64,000 nt of DNA from Anaerolineales bacterium (lineage in GTDB: Bacteria; Chloroflexota; Anaerolineae; Anaerolineales; Villigracilaceae). A program made the position numbers and the translations under genes. Positions 8,995-20,380 of this stretch are shown piece by piece (the first letter of the stretch is position 1; each line of letters opens with the position of its first letter). Below the pieces are notes generated by a model that saw only the letters and a program-made list of their open reading frames with translations, was not told the DNA's origin and did no database searches. The DNA lies in the NCBI GenBank assembly GCA_016927315.1, contig JAFGMV010000064.1:9373-73372 (forward strand), given 5' to 3'.

Positions 8995-9207
8995 CTAAAG
9001 TGGAAGGATGAGCCAGTTGTCACTGGTTTCCAGGTAAACAAGTTCAAAGGTTTGCTCATCACTTGTAAAAACACGAAAATGTTTTTCTTGTGGTGTGCGC
9101 CAGCCTGATATGATTTTCAGGATTTCCAGGCGTTGGCCTTGCCAGGTCAGGGCGACGGGCTTTTCTGCATAGCTGGTTTGTGATTGACACTCAACAACAT
9201 CGGGCAT
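8995..9207 (-). CDS. Small hypothetical protein
   Basis: 70 aa ORF located 8 nt upstream of the aminotransferase on the same strand. No family recognised. Confidence 0.45.
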   Translation of the reverse strand: MPDVVECQSQTSYAEKPVALTWQGQRLEILKIISGWRTPQEKHFRVFTSDEQTFELVYLETSDNWLILPL

Positions 9208-9233
9208 TTAATCATAAAAACTGGGCTGCAGGG

Positions 9234-10379
9234 TTACATTCTGATCAGCGAATCATCACCGATATTAATAGTAACTGGTTTTTCCGAATGGCTCTGGCCT
9301 ATGATCAGGCAGTTGCGTCCGATAAATGAACCAGCGAGTGCAACCCTGGTAATCTGGGCGCCTTCTTCGATGATGCTGTTTTGAATCACAGCCTGGTCGA
9401 TTTTGCAATCAGGGCCGATGGATGTATTTGGACCGATCACAGCTTCTTTGACCTGTGCGCTGGGATGAATATAGGTTGGATGAATGATCTTTACATCTGG
9501 TTTTGAGAAATTGTCTGCGTTGGAATGTCCATTAGCCAGCAGGAAAGCATTGGTCTCCAATGCAGCCGCGACTGTGCCAGTATCGACCCATATATCAGTT
9601 TGTTCTGTGCGCATTTTCGATCCACCTGCGATCATCATATTGACTGCATCGACAAGGTAATATTCACCGTGCAGGTTGATGTCTTGGGTCAACTGTTCTT
9701 CGATAGCTGCTGCCAGACCTTTTCCTTCAGCGAAGAAATAACAACCTACCAATGCCAAGTTGTTATTCATACTATCTGGTTTTTCGATCATCCGGGTGAT
9801 CAAACCATCCTTGCTTACTTCAGCGACGCCAAAACGACGAGGATCAGGAACAGGTTTGACCCAGGCGACGCCATCAAGTATTTCATTCTCCAGGAACGAA
9901 AAATCAGTCTTGATAAGTGTATCTGAAAAGACCATGAGAGTAGGGCCGCTGAGGTGATCCCTGGCCATCCAAAGTGCATGGGATTGTCCTTTCATTTCAG
10001 ATTGGATTGTATAGTGAACAGTCAGTTCCGGATAGTGTTCCTGCATGTATTGGGAAATTTGTGATTTTCCCAAGAATGGATCAACGATAAAAACGAATTC
10101 TGCATTTTTTATTTGCGGCAGAGTCTTGAACATATCCAACGTATGTGCCAGGGTAGTCTTGCCGGCTACGCTGACCAGTGGTTTTGGTTTGCTCCAGGTT
10201 TGGGGGCGAAGTCTTGTAGCCCAACCAGCCATGGGGATTACAATTGAAAAAGCTTGACTCAAAACGGTCTCCAGTGGTTTAAAAAATTTACATATTGTAC
10301 GATAAAACGCTTGATCATGCAGGTCAGGTTTTCCGGCAAACCAATTCTCCTTTGCCGATGGGAATAACCACGGCATCAA
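9234..10379 (-). CDS. Sugar-phosphate nucleotidyltransferase with a C-terminal left-handed beta-helix domain (start uncertain)
   Basis: The motif [24 protein letters not shown] (G-x-G-T-R-L type) is present, and the C-terminus has hexapeptide-like repeats. The track start overlaps the upstream gene by 56 nt. An alternative TTG at 10262 is preceded by GGAG (10272-10269) and would give ~342 aa. Confidence 0.85.
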   Translation of the reverse strand: MMPWLFPSAKENWFAGKPDLHDQAFYRTICKFFKPLETVLSQAFSIVIPMAGWATRLRPQTWSKPKPLVSVAGKTTLAHTLDMFKTLPQIKNAEFVFIVDPFLGKSQISQYMQEHYPELTVHYTIQSEMKGQSHALWMARDHLSGPTLMVFSDTLIKTDFSFLENEILDGVAWVKPVPDPRRFGVAEVSKDGLITRMIEKPDSMNNNLALVGCYFFAEGKGLAAAIEEQLTQDINLHGEYYLVDAVNMMIAGGSKMRTEQTDIWVDTGTVAAALETNAFLLANGHSNADNFSKPDVKIIHPTYIHPSAQVKEAVIGPNTSIGPDCKIDQAVIQNSIIEEGAQITRVALAGSFIGRNCLIIGQSHSEKPVTINIGDDSLIRM

Positions 10380-10941
10380 TGCGGTGGTCGTTCACAGCAT
10401 GACTGACAAAAGGAGCTAACTGCTCTTTATGGCTGATGATATTATCGGCGATTAGCAGGCCACCCCTGACCAGATTTGAAATGATCTTGTCGTAACAATC
10501 CTGGTACACTTCTTTTTCAGCATCAAGAAAACAGAAGGCCACCTGATTATACTCGTTCAAGGCCAGTCGTGCGTCTTTATGGACCAGATCTACAATCGTA
10601 TCAACACCGGCCAGCCTGAAGGTTTCATTTGCGAGTTCAACCTTTTCTGGAAGGACTTCAAAAGTAACCAATCGGTCGCCGCGAGTTTGGCAGGCTAATG
10701 ACAGCCACATGGCTGAGTACCCGGCACTGGCGCCAATTTCTATCACTTTTCCGGCTGGGGCGCTGGCGCACATCAGGGCTAAAAATTTTCCCGTCTCCGG
10801 AGGAATCTGACGCAGGCGCTGCAAATGTGGGATACCATCCACCCGGTCGACGGTATCGAGCGTTTCTAATTCCTGCATACGTTTGAGCATTTGAGGAGGG
10901 ATCTTGTGAAACATATGAAACTCATTGTTACCAATTTCCAT
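10324..10941 (-). CDS. Class I SAM-dependent O-methyltransferase (family 3 / catechol-OMT-like)
   Basis: Motifs [16 protein letters not shown] and [11 protein letters not shown] are present. The track ORF (to 11313) overlaps the NUDIX gene in another frame. I trimmed it to the internal ATG at 10941, with 10914 as an alternative. Confidence 0.8.
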   Translation of the reverse strand: MEIGNNEFHMFHKIPPQMLKRMQELETLDTVDRVDGIPHLQRLRQIPPETGKFLALMCASAPAGKVIEIGASAGYSAMWLSLACQTRGDRLVTFEVLPEKVELANETFRLAGVDTIVDLVHKDARLALNEYNQVAFCFLDAEKEVYQDCYDKIISNLVRGGLLIADNIISHKEQLAPFVSHAVNDHRIDAVVIPIGKGELVCRKT

Positions 10942-11386
10942 AGGAAATTTGGTTCGGATTATTTCGATACTCTGCAATACGCCGGGAATTCCCTGGAAGG
11001 ATATCAGCAGGTAACTGATCAAGGGGAAAGAGACGAAGCTCATCAATTTCAGCATCGCTTTGACCGCTGAAAGTGAATTCTTCACAGACGAATACAATGA
11101 TGTGATCGGTGCGGCCTTCCGGGAAATGGCTGAATATTCCAAACAACCGTATTTCCCCCAATTTTGCGCCAGCTTCTTCGTAAGCCTCTCGGCGGGCAGT
11201 CTGTTCCAGGGTCTCGTTGCGTTTTGCTCCTCCACCAACCAGGTACCAGCCATCTTGATAAACATGCTTAACGAGCAATACCTGTCGATCCTTGACCAGC
11301 AGCAGCCGCACACCGATTGTGATGGGTGTGGAGATTGACAGGCAGAATGCGAAAATGGGATATGCCTTTTTATACAACCAGTTCAT
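10928..11386 (-). CDS. NUDIX hydrolase
   Basis: The Nudix box [23 protein letters not shown] is present. 152 aa. Confidence 0.9.
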   Translation of the reverse strand: MNWLYKKAYPIFAFCLSISTPITIGVRLLLVKDRQVLLVKHVYQDGWYLVGGGAKRNETLEQTARREAYEEAGAKLGEIRLFGIFSHFPEGRTDHIIVFVCEEFTFSGQSDAEIDELRLFPLDQLPADILPGNSRRIAEYRNNPNQISYGNW

Positions 11387-11391
11387 AGGGA

Positions 11392-13575
11392 TTAGCTCAA
11401 GATGGTCAGGTTTGCCAGTGAGGTAGCCAGTCTTTTTATACCGACGCTTTCAAAAGCCACTTCAACAATTTCATCCTCCTCCTGGAGTTTGCTGTTCAAG
11501 ACAATTCCATCACCCCAGGTCGGGTGAGAGATACGTGTTCCGGCCCGGTATCGGGCTTCGATTACAGGGGCTGATTTCGGGGATGCCGAAGAGGGCTTCC
11601 AGCGAGTATCTGTAAGGGAGTCGCCTCCAAAAGGATGAGCGCCGCCGCGGGATTGGCCATCCAGCAGCATTTCTGGAATGTCAGTAAGGAACCGGGAAGG
11701 GTAGGTGTCTTCACCCCAACCTCTCCCGCCTCGCTGCATGGCGCGTACCAGGTAGAGCCGGTCTTTGGCCCGGGTGATGCCGACATAGAACAGGCGACGT
11801 TCTTCTTCCATTTCTTCAGGTTTGTCAAATGAACGGCTGTGTGGCAGGATTCCATCGTCTAACCCGACAATGAAAACTGCGCCGAATTCTAATCCTTTGG
11901 CTGCATGCAGGGTCAGTAAGGTCGGTGCATTCGCATCGGTCAGGGTGTCTTGATCGGCGATCAGGGCAACGTTTTCAAGAAATTCTTCCAATGGCCGACC
12001 ACTGTATTCCTGGGTCAGGCGGCGAAGTTCTTCGACATTTTCCCAGCGGCTGGCGCCTTCTTCTGTGTTGTCATCAATATAGGCTTTGTAATCTATATCG
12101 CTTACGATGCAATCAAAGAGTTCTGTTGTGGTCAGCGTCTGGGCGGCAGTATGCCACCTGGCCAGTACAGTGCCAAAGGTCGAGAGCGGGCCAACTGCCC
12201 TGGCGGTGAACTGGCCCCAGAAAGGCGACTCTGCGCCTCGGACCAGGTCCAGAAGCACAGAGCCGGGTGATGTATCTGCATTTCGTGCGGTTTGATATAA
12301 GCTCAGGATTGTTTTACTTCCGATCCCGCGTGCAGGGATGTTAATTACACGTCCCAGGCTGGCTTCATCATTGGGGTTATAGATCAGGCGGATATAGGCG
12401 ATCAGGTCTTTTACTTCCCGGCGACCATAAAAGCGCTGTGCTCCTACCAATCGGTAAGGCAAGCGCGCCTGCAGGAAGGCTTCCTCTAACAGGCGGGATT
12501 GGGCGTTGGTGCGGTACATGACAGCACACTCTCCTGGGTCGAACCGATTGCCGGCGACCAGTTGTGCAATCGTGTCGACCACAAAAGAAGCTTCTGAATA
12601 ATCGTCTCGGGCCTCAAAATAAATAACCTTTTCTCCCTGGCCGCGGTCTGTAAACAGTTTCTTGCGACGGCGATTATGGGCGCGGTCGATGACGGCCATT
12701 GCTGTATCGAGAATGGACTGCTTGGAGCGATAATTCTGCTCAAGTAGAATCGTTTTAGAAGCAGGAAAGTCATTTTCAAAGCGTTGTACATTGCGCCAAT
12801 CGGCCCCACGCCAGCCGTACACGGATTGGTCTGGATCCCCGACACAAAAAATATTGCCATGCGTTGAACACAAGTGCTTTACAAGCATATATTGAGCGAT
12901 ATTGGTGTCCTGGAATTCATCGACCAGGACATGTGAAAAGCGTTGTGAATAAGCTTCGCGTACCTCCGGGTTCTCTTCCAACAGGCGAGCTGTCCAGAGC
13001 AGCAGGTCATCAAAATCAACTGCATTGCTGGTCAGCAATCTTTTCTGGTAGAGATCGTAAACTCGTTTTACAATTTCATCCCGGTAGTTGGTTGTAGGAA
13101 AGTTATCCGGATCAATCAATTCATTCTTTGCATTCGAAACAGCAGCATGAATACTGTTTGGCCGGTAAAGTTTTTCATTGATGTTGAGTTCCTTGATGAT
13201 TCCCTTGATGAGGCGGACCTGATCGTCCTGATCAAAGATGACATAATTAGGCTTGATGGGCAGGTGGTCAGCTTCACGCCGCAGGATGCGGGCGCAGATT
13301 GAATGGAAAGTACCCAACATCATGCCATGTCCATGAGCAGCATCTTCCCCCAGCAAAGAGGCTACCCGGTCTTCCATCTCGCGGGCTGCCTTGTTCGTGA
13401 AGGTAACAGCCAGGATTTGATAGGGACGAACACCCTGGTATGCAATCAGGTATGCGATGCGTTGAGTCAGTACACGGGTTTTTCCAGACCCCGGACCAGC
13501 CAGCACCAGCACGGGACCATTCCCGGCTGTGACGGCCTGTCGTTGCTGCTGATTGAGTTGATCGAGAAATGTCAT
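11392..13575 (-). CDS. pcrA: ATP-dependent DNA helicase PcrA/UvrD
   Basis: Motifs AGPGSGKTRVLTQRIAYLI, TFTNKAAREM, VDEFQDTN, YRS and TLHAAKGLEF are present, plus a C-terminal HPTWGDGIV domain. I prefer the ATG at 13575 (MTFLDQLNQQQRQAV) over the track start at 13650. Confidence 0.92.
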   Translation of the reverse strand: MTFLDQLNQQQRQAVTAGNGPVLVLAGPGSGKTRVLTQRIAYLIAYQGVRPYQILAVTFTNKAAREMEDRVASLLGEDAAHGHGMMLGTFHSICARILRREADHLPIKPNYVIFDQDDQVRLIKGIIKELNINEKLYRPNSIHAAVSNAKNELIDPDNFPTTNYRDEIVKRVYDLYQKRLLTSNAVDFDDLLLWTARLLEENPEVREAYSQRFSHVLVDEFQDTNIAQYMLVKHLCSTHGNIFCVGDPDQSVYGWRGADWRNVQRFENDFPASKTILLEQNYRSKQSILDTAMAVIDRAHNRRRKKLFTDRGQGEKVIYFEARDDYSEASFVVDTIAQLVAGNRFDPGECAVMYRTNAQSRLLEEAFLQARLPYRLVGAQRFYGRREVKDLIAYIRLIYNPNDEASLGRVINIPARGIGSKTILSLYQTARNADTSPGSVLLDLVRGAESPFWGQFTARAVGPLSTFGTVLARWHTAAQTLTTTELFDCIVSDIDYKAYIDDNTEEGASRWENVEELRRLTQEYSGRPLEEFLENVALIADQDTLTDANAPTLLTLHAAKGLEFGAVFIVGLDDGILPHSRSFDKPEEMEEERRLFYVGITRAKDRLYLVRAMQRGGRGWGEDTYPSRFLTDIPEMLLDGQSRGGAHPFGGDSLTDTRWKPSSASPKSAPVIEARYRAGTRISHPTWGDGIVLNSKLQEEDEIVEVAFESVGIKRLATSLANLTILS

Positions 13576-13678
13576 AATATTAGAAATCGTATAAGGGCAA
13601 GGGGAGATCGAGAAAACCAGGTCGGAAGGAATTGGTTTGCACACTCCCACCGACTGGTCAGGATAGCTGCGATGTGCA

Positions 13679-14050
13679 TTACGGACAACGGGTTGCCTTG
13701 AGAGGGATTGATGTCAGGCAGTAAGGGCATTCCTTGGTTGTCGGTTCGACTGCGGGGGCTTCCTTTTTTGGAAAGCTGTTGACTATTTTGATAAACAAGA
13801 AAATTACGATTGAGACGATAAGAAAGTCTACAATATTCTGGATGAACGCGCCGTATAGAATTGTGGCCTCGCGGAAAGAAAATGCCAGGCCATTGAAATC
13901 AATCCCCCCGAGTACGAGTCCTAAAAATGGCATGATGATATCATTGACCAAAGAAGACATGATCTTTCCAAAAGCGCCTCCAATGATTACTGCGACGGCC
14001 AGGTCCAGTACGTTGCCGCGCATGGCAAATTCCTTGAATTCTTTTAGCAT
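13679..14050 (-). CDS. mscL: Large-conductance mechanosensitive channel
   Basis: [30 protein letters not shown] is the canonical MscL N-terminus. 123 aa. Confidence 0.93.
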   Translation of the reverse strand: MLKEFKEFAMRGNVLDLAVAVIIGGAFGKIMSSLVNDIIMPFLGLVLGGIDFNGLAFSFREATILYGAFIQNIVDFLIVSIVIFLFIKIVNSFPKKEAPAVEPTTKECPYCLTSIPLKATRCP

Positions 14051-14183
14051 GGTTCTCCTCCTGGAAGATGAGTGAGGTGGATTTTACCTCAGGATGGGGG
14101 CTGTCAACGAACCGGTTTTGTGATATAGTGAATATTATATTTGTATGACAACTTATTGGTGTGCCAGCCGGCCGGCGCCATAA

Positions 14184-14211
14184 TTGACGCTATTGTAAAT
14201 TCGTGTATAAT
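14184..14211 (+). promoter_or_regulatory. Near-consensus sigma70-type promoter upstream of the ABC transporter operon
   Basis: TTGACG (14184-14189), 16 nt spacer, TATAAT (14206-14211). It lies ~95 nt upstream of the first ATPase gene. Confidence 0.45.
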
Positions 14212-14309
14212 TTTATTACCATATGGTCTAGATTTTTGAAGAAGCACAACCCTTCAAAACAGTTTCATATTTTTATATGAAAAGGCCAAATCCATAGAGG
14301 ATATCCTAG

Positions 14310-15299
14310 ATGCCCAACAAATTACTCAGTGTTCAGGGCTTGGAGACGCATTTTCAAACCCGCGAGGGAACGGTTCATGCTGTAAATGGCGTCTCTTTTT
14401 CCCTAGATGAGGGCGAAACCGTTGGTCTCGTAGGCGAAAGCGGTTGTGGTAAAAGTGTAACCATGCTTTCTATGCTGCGCCTCATCCCTTCCCCTCCCGG
14501 AAAAATTGTAAATGGTTCTGCTGTTTTTCGAGGTCAGGATTTACTGAAAATGACTGACGATGAAATCCGTACCGTGCGCGGATCCCAGATCAGTATGATT
14601 TTTCAGGATCCGATGACCTCTTTTAACCCGGTACTAACCATTGAACGCCAGGTGGCCGAGCCCCTTGAAATCCATTTGGGAATGTCAAAGGAGCAGGCCA
14701 GGGATCGTGTGGTGGAGCTGCTTGAACTGGTAAATATCCCCAAGGCGAAAGAGCGCCTGAATGATTATCCCCACCAGTTTTCTGGGGGTATGCGCCAGCG
14801 TGTGATGATTGCGATGGCTCTGGCCTGTAACCCTCAAATTCTGGTGGCGGACGAACCGACCACTGCTTTAGATGTGACCATCCAGGCCCAGATTGTAGAA
14901 CTGATCAAACGGCTGCGGGATGAACTTGGAATGTCTATCGTGTGGATCACCCACGATCTGGGAATTGTGGCTGGTTTGGCCCAGAGAGTTATTGTGATGT
15001 ATGGGGGTTATTTCATTGAAGAAGCTTCTGTGAAAGAATTATATGCAAACCCCCTGCACCCCTACACAATGGGCTTGCTTGGTAGTCTGCCCCGGCTGGA
15101 CCTGGATGAGAAGAAGCGATTAACTTCAATTGATGGGCTTCCACCGGTTTTGATGGAAAAGCCAGGCTATTGTCCGTTTGCACCGCGTTGTAAGTTTGCG
15201 GTGGAACGTTGTTGGAATGAAAATCCACAGCTTAGTGAAATTGCAGCCGAACATCGAGTTGCCTGTTGGGTTGACCCTCGAACTGGGAGAGCGCGCTGA
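14310..15299 (+). CDS. Peptide/nickel-type ABC transporter ATP-binding protein (OppD/DppD-like)
   Basis: Walker A GESGCGKS, signature FSGGMRQR, Walker [12 protein letters not shown], and a C-terminal oligopeptide-type extension with CPFAPRC. Confidence 0.92.
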   Translation: MPNKLLSVQGLETHFQTREGTVHAVNGVSFSLDEGETVGLVGESGCGKSVTMLSMLRLIPSPPGKIVNGSAVFRGQDLLKMTDDEIRTVRGSQISMIFQDPMTSFNPVLTIERQVAEPLEIHLGMSKEQARDRVVELLELVNIPKAKERLNDYPHQFSGGMRQRVMIAMALACNPQILVADEPTTALDVTIQAQIVELIKRLRDELGMSIVWITHDLGIVAGLAQRVIVMYGGYFIEEASVKELYANPLHPYTMGLLGSLPRLDLDEKKRLTSIDGLPPVLMEKPGYCPFAPRCKFAVERCWNENPQLSEIAAEHRVACWVDPRTGRAR

Positions 15300-16291
15300 T
15301 GTCATCAAACAAAGTATTATTGCGCGTTGAAAAACTGGTAAAGCACTTTCCCATCTATCAGGGAATTATTGTTCAACGCCAGGTTGGCGCGGTCCATGCA
15401 GTTGATGGAATTTCCTTTGATATTCACCAGGGCGAAACCTTGGGTCTGGTTGGCGAGTCGGGATGTGGCAAATCCACTACGGGGCGAACGATCTTGCAGC
15501 TCCCTAATTACCGCCCCACTGCCGGGTCGGTGGAATTTGGTGATCTGGATCTGGTTCATCTTAAGGGGGAAGAGCTCAGAAAAACACGCCGGAAAATGCA
15601 AATGATCTTCCAGGATCCATATGCCAGTTTGAACCCGAGAATGACGGTTGGTGAGATTATTGGCGAACCTCTGGTCATTCACAACGTGGCCCGCGGGAAG
15701 GCTGTACAAGAAAGGGTTGAAAACTTACTGGAATTGGTCGGTCTTAATCCGGCCTTTGAAAACCGATATCCGCACGAGTTTTCGGGTGGGCAGCGCCAGC
15801 GTATTGGCGTAGCCCGGGCGCTGGCCTTACAACCTGAATTGATCATTTGTGACGAACCGATCTCGGCCCTGGATGTATCTATTCAGGCACAGGTTGTCAA
15901 CTTGCTGGAGGATTTACAGAAACAGTTTAATCTGACGTACTTGTTTATTGCACATGACCTTTCCATGGTCCGCCATATCAGTGATCGTATTGCGGTTATG
16001 TACCTTGGTGTGATCGTTGAATTGACGGGGCGCCAGGAACTCTATGACAACCCCCTGCATCCATATACAAAAGCCTTGCTCTCTGCAGTACCGATTCCTG
16101 ATCCTTTGGTGGAGGAACAGCGCCAACGAGTTATTTTGAAAGGTGAAATACCATCCCCGGTTAATCCGCCATCTGGGTGCCGCTTCCGGACACGCTGCCC
16201 GATTGCAGAATCGATCTGCGCCGAAGAACGGCCTGAATGGCGAGAAGTTGGATCAAGCCACTTTGTGGCTTGTCATTTGGTGAAAGATTAA
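15299..16291 (+). CDS. Peptide/nickel-type ABC transporter ATP-binding protein (OppF/DppF-like)
   Basis: Motifs [28 protein letters not shown] and C-terminal GCRFRTRCP. Its start overlaps the preceding stop (ATGA-type junction). Confidence 0.92.
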   Translation: MSSNKVLLRVEKLVKHFPIYQGIIVQRQVGAVHAVDGISFDIHQGETLGLVGESGCGKSTTGRTILQLPNYRPTAGSVEFGDLDLVHLKGEELRKTRRKMQMIFQDPYASLNPRMTVGEIIGEPLVIHNVARGKAVQERVENLLELVGLNPAFENRYPHEFSGGQRQRIGVARALALQPELIICDEPISALDVSIQAQVVNLLEDLQKQFNLTYLFIAHDLSMVRHISDRIAVMYLGVIVELTGRQELYDNPLHPYTKALLSAVPIPDPLVEEQRQRVILKGEIPSPVNPPSGCRFRTRCPIAESICAEERPEWREVGSSHFVACHLVKD

Positions 16292-16411
16292 GCCTTGAAA
16301 AGTAAAGGAGGTGATGCGTCGGTCGTAAGCTAAAATGCTAGTTTATGTCAAGAAAAGTTGTAGAAAAATCCGTTTAGACTATCCTTTAAATCTCTTTCGA
16401 GGAGGAGAAAT

Positions 16412-18145
16412 ATGCGTTCGAAAATTTTCGTTGTACTTAGCCTGGTACTTGTCACCAGCATGGCGCTGTCGGCCTGCCAACTGGGCGCTCCCGCTGCCCC
16501 GGGCGCCGGAAAATCCATCACCCTGACATTCGGCCCGGGTGATGTTCCTGGCCTGGATCCAGCTATTGCAGAAGATACTTCTTCCATTCAGATCGTTGAA
16601 GAGACCTTTGTTGGTCTAACCCGTCTGCACGAAGAAACCTCTGCTACTGAGCCCGGCATCGCTACCAAATGGGAAGGTGTCACCAACGCTGATGGCACCG
16701 AGACCCTTACCTTTACCCTGCGTAATGATGTGCCCTGGGTACACTATAATGCCAAGAGTGGTAAAGTTGAAAAGGTTAAAGGTTGTGATGGCAAGGACCG
16801 CATGGTCACTGCTTATGACTTCGAATATGGCCTGATGCGAAACCAGGATCCTGAAGTTGCCTCACCTTATGCTTATCTTCTGGGCATGGTACTGCAAGGT
16901 GCTGCCGAGTTCAACGCTGGTGAAGCTGACTTCTCTGCTGTTGGTGCAAAGGCTATTGACGACACAACCTTTACGATGACCTACCTGGCCCCGGCTGCTT
17001 ACAATGCGCAGATCGCCAGCTTGTGGGTTGCACGCCCGCAGCCGAAATGGCTCATTGAGGGCGACGATTGTACAGAGGCTGTTGGTGACAAATGGACCGA
17101 ACCTGAGAACTTCCAGGCCTATGGTCCATATACCCTTAAAGAGTGGATCCACGATTCAAGCATCACCATCATCGGCAATCCTTACTGGCCCGGTACTGAT
17201 GCAATTCCACAGCCCACCATTGGTGAAGTTACTTGGCTGATGCTCGACGAATCTCCTGCCTTTGCTGAATATGAAGCTGGCAATGTTGATGTTACTGCTG
17301 CCCCATTAGCTGACATTGACCGTATCAAAGCCGATCCAACTCTTTCCGAAGAACTGGTGATCGCTCCTGTATTCTGTACCTACTTCTATGGTTTCAATAC
17401 CAAAGCCGACATTGTCAGTGATGTGCGCGTCCGCCGTGCTTTGTCCATGGCTATTGACCGCCAGAGCCTGATTGACAACGTCACCAAAGGCGGCCAGGAA
17501 CCCGCTCAGTGGCTGGCTCGTCCGGGCTTGTTCGCTGCCCCGACCATGGCTGATTATCCTGATTTGGGAATCAAGTACGATCCTGAAGCCGCTGCTTCCG
17601 AACTCCAGTCCTATCTGGATGAAGAAGGCCTTGAAGCTGCCGATCTCGATCTGACCCTGATGTTCAACACCTCTGAAGGCCACCAGCGAATTGCTGAAGC
17701 GATCCAGCAGATGTGGAAGGATGTTTTGGGCGTTGATGTCAAACTGGTCAACCAGGAATGGAAAGTCTTCCTTGAGACCACCAAGGATCCCGAGAATACC
17801 CCGCAGATCTATCGTATGGGTTGGTGCCAGGACTATCCTGATGCAAACAACTTTGATCGTGAAGCTGTTGGTTTCGGTGGTTCTAACAATCCGCCCGAAG
17901 GTGGTGGTTTGAATTGGAATAACCAGGCGTACATGGATCTGGTGGATGCAGCAGCTGTTGAAACTGACGGCGCCAAACGACTGGAAATGTATGCAGAAGC
18001 TGAACAGATTCTGGTCTATGATGATGCAGCCTTGATCCCGATCTACTGGTACACTCGCGTTTCAATGACCAAACCTTACGTAACCCGAACTTTCTCGGTA
18101 TCGTCTGGTATGGAACACATTGAAAAATGGGATATCAGCAAATAA
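16412..18145 (+). CDS. ABC transporter substrate-binding lipoprotein, family 5 (OppA/DppA-like)
   Basis: Signal peptide with lipobox LSAC. Family-5 style blocks are present ([21 protein letters not shown]). The RBS GAGGAGG precedes the ATG. Confidence 0.9.
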   Translation: MRSKIFVVLSLVLVTSMALSACQLGAPAAPGAGKSITLTFGPGDVPGLDPAIAEDTSSIQIVEETFVGLTRLHEETSATEPGIATKWEGVTNADGTETLTFTLRNDVPWVHYNAKSGKVEKVKGCDGKDRMVTAYDFEYGLMRNQDPEVASPYAYLLGMVLQGAAEFNAGEADFSAVGAKAIDDTTFTMTYLAPAAYNAQIASLWVARPQPKWLIEGDDCTEAVGDKWTEPENFQAYGPYTLKEWIHDSSITIIGNPYWPGTDAIPQPTIGEVTWLMLDESPAFAEYEAGNVDVTAAPLADIDRIKADPTLSEELVIAPVFCTYFYGFNTKADIVSDVRVRRALSMAIDRQSLIDNVTKGGQEPAQWLARPGLFAAPTMADYPDLGIKYDPEAAASELQSYLDEEGLEAADLDLTLMFNTSEGHQRIAEAIQQMWKDVLGVDVKLVNQEWKVFLETTKDPENTPQIYRMGWCQDYPDANNFDREAVGFGGSNNPPEGGGLNWNNQAYMDLVDAAAVETDGAKRLEMYAEAEQILVYDDAALIPIYWYTRVSMTKPYVTRTFSVSSGMEHIEKWDISK

Positions 18146-18166
18146 GTAGTTAGTGTTCGATTAGGA

Positions 18167-18193
18167 GGGGAGAGTTTAACTCTCCCCTCTTTT
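18167..18193 (+). terminator. Intra-operon hairpin plus T-tract after the SBP gene (attenuating terminator)
   Basis: GGGGAGAG-tttaa-CTCTCCCC followed by TCTTTTG. Confidence 0.6.
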
Positions 18194-18223
18194 GACTGTT
18201 AGGTCGGTTTGTAGGAGATTATT

Positions 18224-19279
18224 ATGGGTCGGTTTATTGTTCGCCGATTACTTTATATGCTTATCGTTATTGTCGCGGTCTCGATGATAACCTTTGGGTT
18301 GATGCGTGCTATTCCTGGTGGCCCTTTTGATAAAGATAAACCAGTCTCAAAAGAAGTTTTGGAAAATCTCAATAAACGTTATCATTTGGATGATCCCTTA
18401 TGGAAACAGTATGGCAGTTACATGTATGAAGTTATGATTCCTCATTTTTCTACACAATCCTCTGCAGCAACTCTTGATAATGATTATTTGATTGATTTCA
18501 ACATTGGTTCTCTTCAATTCCAATGGATGAATTTTGGACCAACCTATTCATCTCGCAGTCGTACAGTAAACGACATTTTCCGACAACAATTACCAATTTC
18601 GGCACAACTGGGTGTGATGGCATTGATTGTAGCCCTGGTTGTTGGAATGCCGTTGGGTATTCTGGCGGCACTTAAGCAGAACACGATTTGGGATTATCTT
18701 GGTATGAGTATCTCTATTGTTGGTGTTTCTGTGCCTGTGATTGTGCTGGGGCCTCTGCTGATTTGGATTTTCGGAGTTTCCCTGAAATGGTTACCACCCA
18801 CAGGATGGGGTACCCGGCCGCCTTATTTCCTGGGTTTTATTCCATACAACCTGGGTTGGAGTTTCTTCCGGAGCGCAATTATGCCGTCTGTGGCACTTGG
18901 CCTGGGGAGTTCTGCTGTGATTGCCCGCCTGACGCGTGCCAGTTTACTGCAGACTGTGCGTGAAGATTACATCCGTACTGCCCGAGCCAAAGGGTTGCGC
19001 GAACGCATGGTGATCATGCGACACGCGTTGAAAAACTCTTTGATCCCGGTTGTGACCATCATTGGTCCGTTATTCGCAGCACTGGTGACAGGAACCTTTG
19101 TTACCGAAATCGTCTTTGGTATTCCGGGGATGGGCAAATATTTTGTCACCAGTATTACCAACCGTGATTACCCTGTTATTATGGGAACAATTTTGTTATA
19201 TGCAGTGGTGCTGGTTCTTGCTAATTTGTTAGTTGATATTACGTATGCTTATCTCGATCCTCGCATTCGCTACGATTAG
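18224..19279 (+). CDS. ABC transporter permease (OppB/DppB-like)
   Basis: 351 aa polytopic protein. The N-terminus MGRFIVRRLLYMLIVI is typical of OppB-type permeases, and an EAA-like loop (TARAKGL) is present. Confidence 0.9.
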   Translation: MGRFIVRRLLYMLIVIVAVSMITFGLMRAIPGGPFDKDKPVSKEVLENLNKRYHLDDPLWKQYGSYMYEVMIPHFSTQSSAATLDNDYLIDFNIGSLQFQWMNFGPTYSSRSRTVNDIFRQQLPISAQLGVMALIVALVVGMPLGILAALKQNTIWDYLGMSISIVGVSVPVIVLGPLLIWIFGVSLKWLPPTGWGTRPPYFLGFIPYNLGWSFFRSAIMPSVALGLGSSAVIARLTRASLLQTVREDYIRTARAKGLRERMVIMRHALKNSLIPVVTIIGPLFAALVTGTFVTEIVFGIPGMGKYFVTSITNRDYPVIMGTILLYAVVLVLANLLVDITYAYLDPRIRYD

Positions 19280-19311
19280 GCATTCAAAGAGATTGTCTGA
19301 AAGAGGAAATT

Positions 19312-20337
19312 ATGGCAGAAGTTAAACTGGATTCCCATGAGTTTGGCGCAGGTGGCAAGCCGATTACAACAAAGCGTGAAAGTCTGGCTGGTGATGCTTT
19401 CCGCCGCCTGTTACGTAATCGTGCAGCCGTTATCGGCGGTGTGACGATTATTATATTAGTGCTTGTGGCGGTGCTGGCCCCTGTAATTGCAGTCAAATCA
19501 TTTGAAATACAAATTTTGGAAGATCAGAACACAGTGCCAGAATGGCTACTGTCTGTTTTTCCCAGTATGAAGTCCTATGCAGTAATCAATAACAACTATC
19601 CATTAGGTGCTGATTATGTTGGCCGCGACCTGTTTAGCCGGATTGTTTATGGTGCTCGTGTATCATTGACGGTGGCCCTGATTGGGCCGTTGATCAGTTT
19701 GATCATCGGGGTCATTTACGGCAGTATTTCCGGGTATTTTGGCGGACGGGTAGATAATATCATGATGCGTATTGTCGATATTATGTATGCCTTCCCCAGT
19801 TTGTTGTTCATTATTTTATTATTGGCTTTTTTCCGTTCTACCCTCACAAAGCTGGAGCCGGGAACGTTTGCGTATGCAATGAGCCAATGGGATGAAAATA
19901 TGGGCGGCATGCTGTTTATTTTTATTGGTATTGGTATTACAGCATGGCAGACCATGGCCCGGTTGACGCGCGGGCAGGTACTTTCTATACGAGAGAAAGA
20001 ATTTGTCGAAGCGGCTCATACCATGGGGGCTACCAACCTGCAGATCATGTTCAAACATATATTGCCAAACATCGTCGGGCCATTGGTTGTGGCTGAGACT
20101 CTGGCGATCCCCGGGTATATCTCGACCGAAGCTTTCCTGTCCTTTATTGGATTGGGCGTTAATCCTCCGACCCCCTCCTGGGGATCGATGATTTCGGATG
20201 GTGCGCGTGCGATCCGAACTAATCCCAACCAGACTCTCTTCCCGGCCTTAGCTCTGGCCGTTGTCATGTTCGCTTTCAACTTTTTGGGTGATGGTTTGCG
20301 GGATGCGCTGGATCCCCGTCTGCGGGGTACCCAATAA
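19312..20337 (+). CDS. ABC transporter permease (OppC/DppC-like)
   Basis: 341 aa polytopic protein. Motifs FVEAAHTMGA (EAA loop) and PLGADYVGRDLFSRIVYGAR are typical of OppC-type permeases. Confidence 0.9.
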   Translation: MAEVKLDSHEFGAGGKPITTKRESLAGDAFRRLLRNRAAVIGGVTIIILVLVAVLAPVIAVKSFEIQILEDQNTVPEWLLSVFPSMKSYAVINNNYPLGADYVGRDLFSRIVYGARVSLTVALIGPLISLIIGVIYGSISGYFGGRVDNIMMRIVDIMYAFPSLLFIILLLAFFRSTLTKLEPGTFAYAMSQWDENMGGMLFIFIGIGITAWQTMARLTRGQVLSIREKEFVEAAHTMGATNLQIMFKHILPNIVGPLVVAETLAIPGYISTEAFLSFIGLGVNPPTPSWGSMISDGARAIRTNPNQTLFPALALAVVMFAFNFLGDGLRDALDPRLRGTQ

Positions 20338-20380
20338 GTACCGGGTACTTTACCCTTGACTTCTTTCTGAACAACAGGAT

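Noticed and set aside
10942-11313. N-terminal 124 codons of the 329-aa ORF 10324..11313
   Set aside because: This part overlaps the NUDIX gene, whose perfect Nudix box is in another frame. The methyltransferase fold begins only after the internal Met, so I trimmed the ORF.
11392-13650. UvrD-type helicase next to a NUDIX hydrolase as a possible Gabija/other defence module
   Set aside because: The helicase has full PcrA motif order, housekeeping length and the PcrA C-terminal domain. No nuclease or ATPase partner is present, and the surrounding genes are metabolic.
16313-16327. 4-codon mini-ORF (MRRS) behind AAGGAGGTG between the second ATPase gene and the SBP gene
   Set aside because: It is too short to evaluate and is probably a fortuitous SD-like sequence.
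4419-20337. Lower-GC stretches (PAP2 gene, the 9.2-11.4 kb genes, ABC permeases) as signs of horizontal transfer
   Set aside because: This was judged by eye only. Membrane proteins are T-rich by codon content, and without computed GC/k-mer statistics the signal cannot be separated from amino-acid composition effects.
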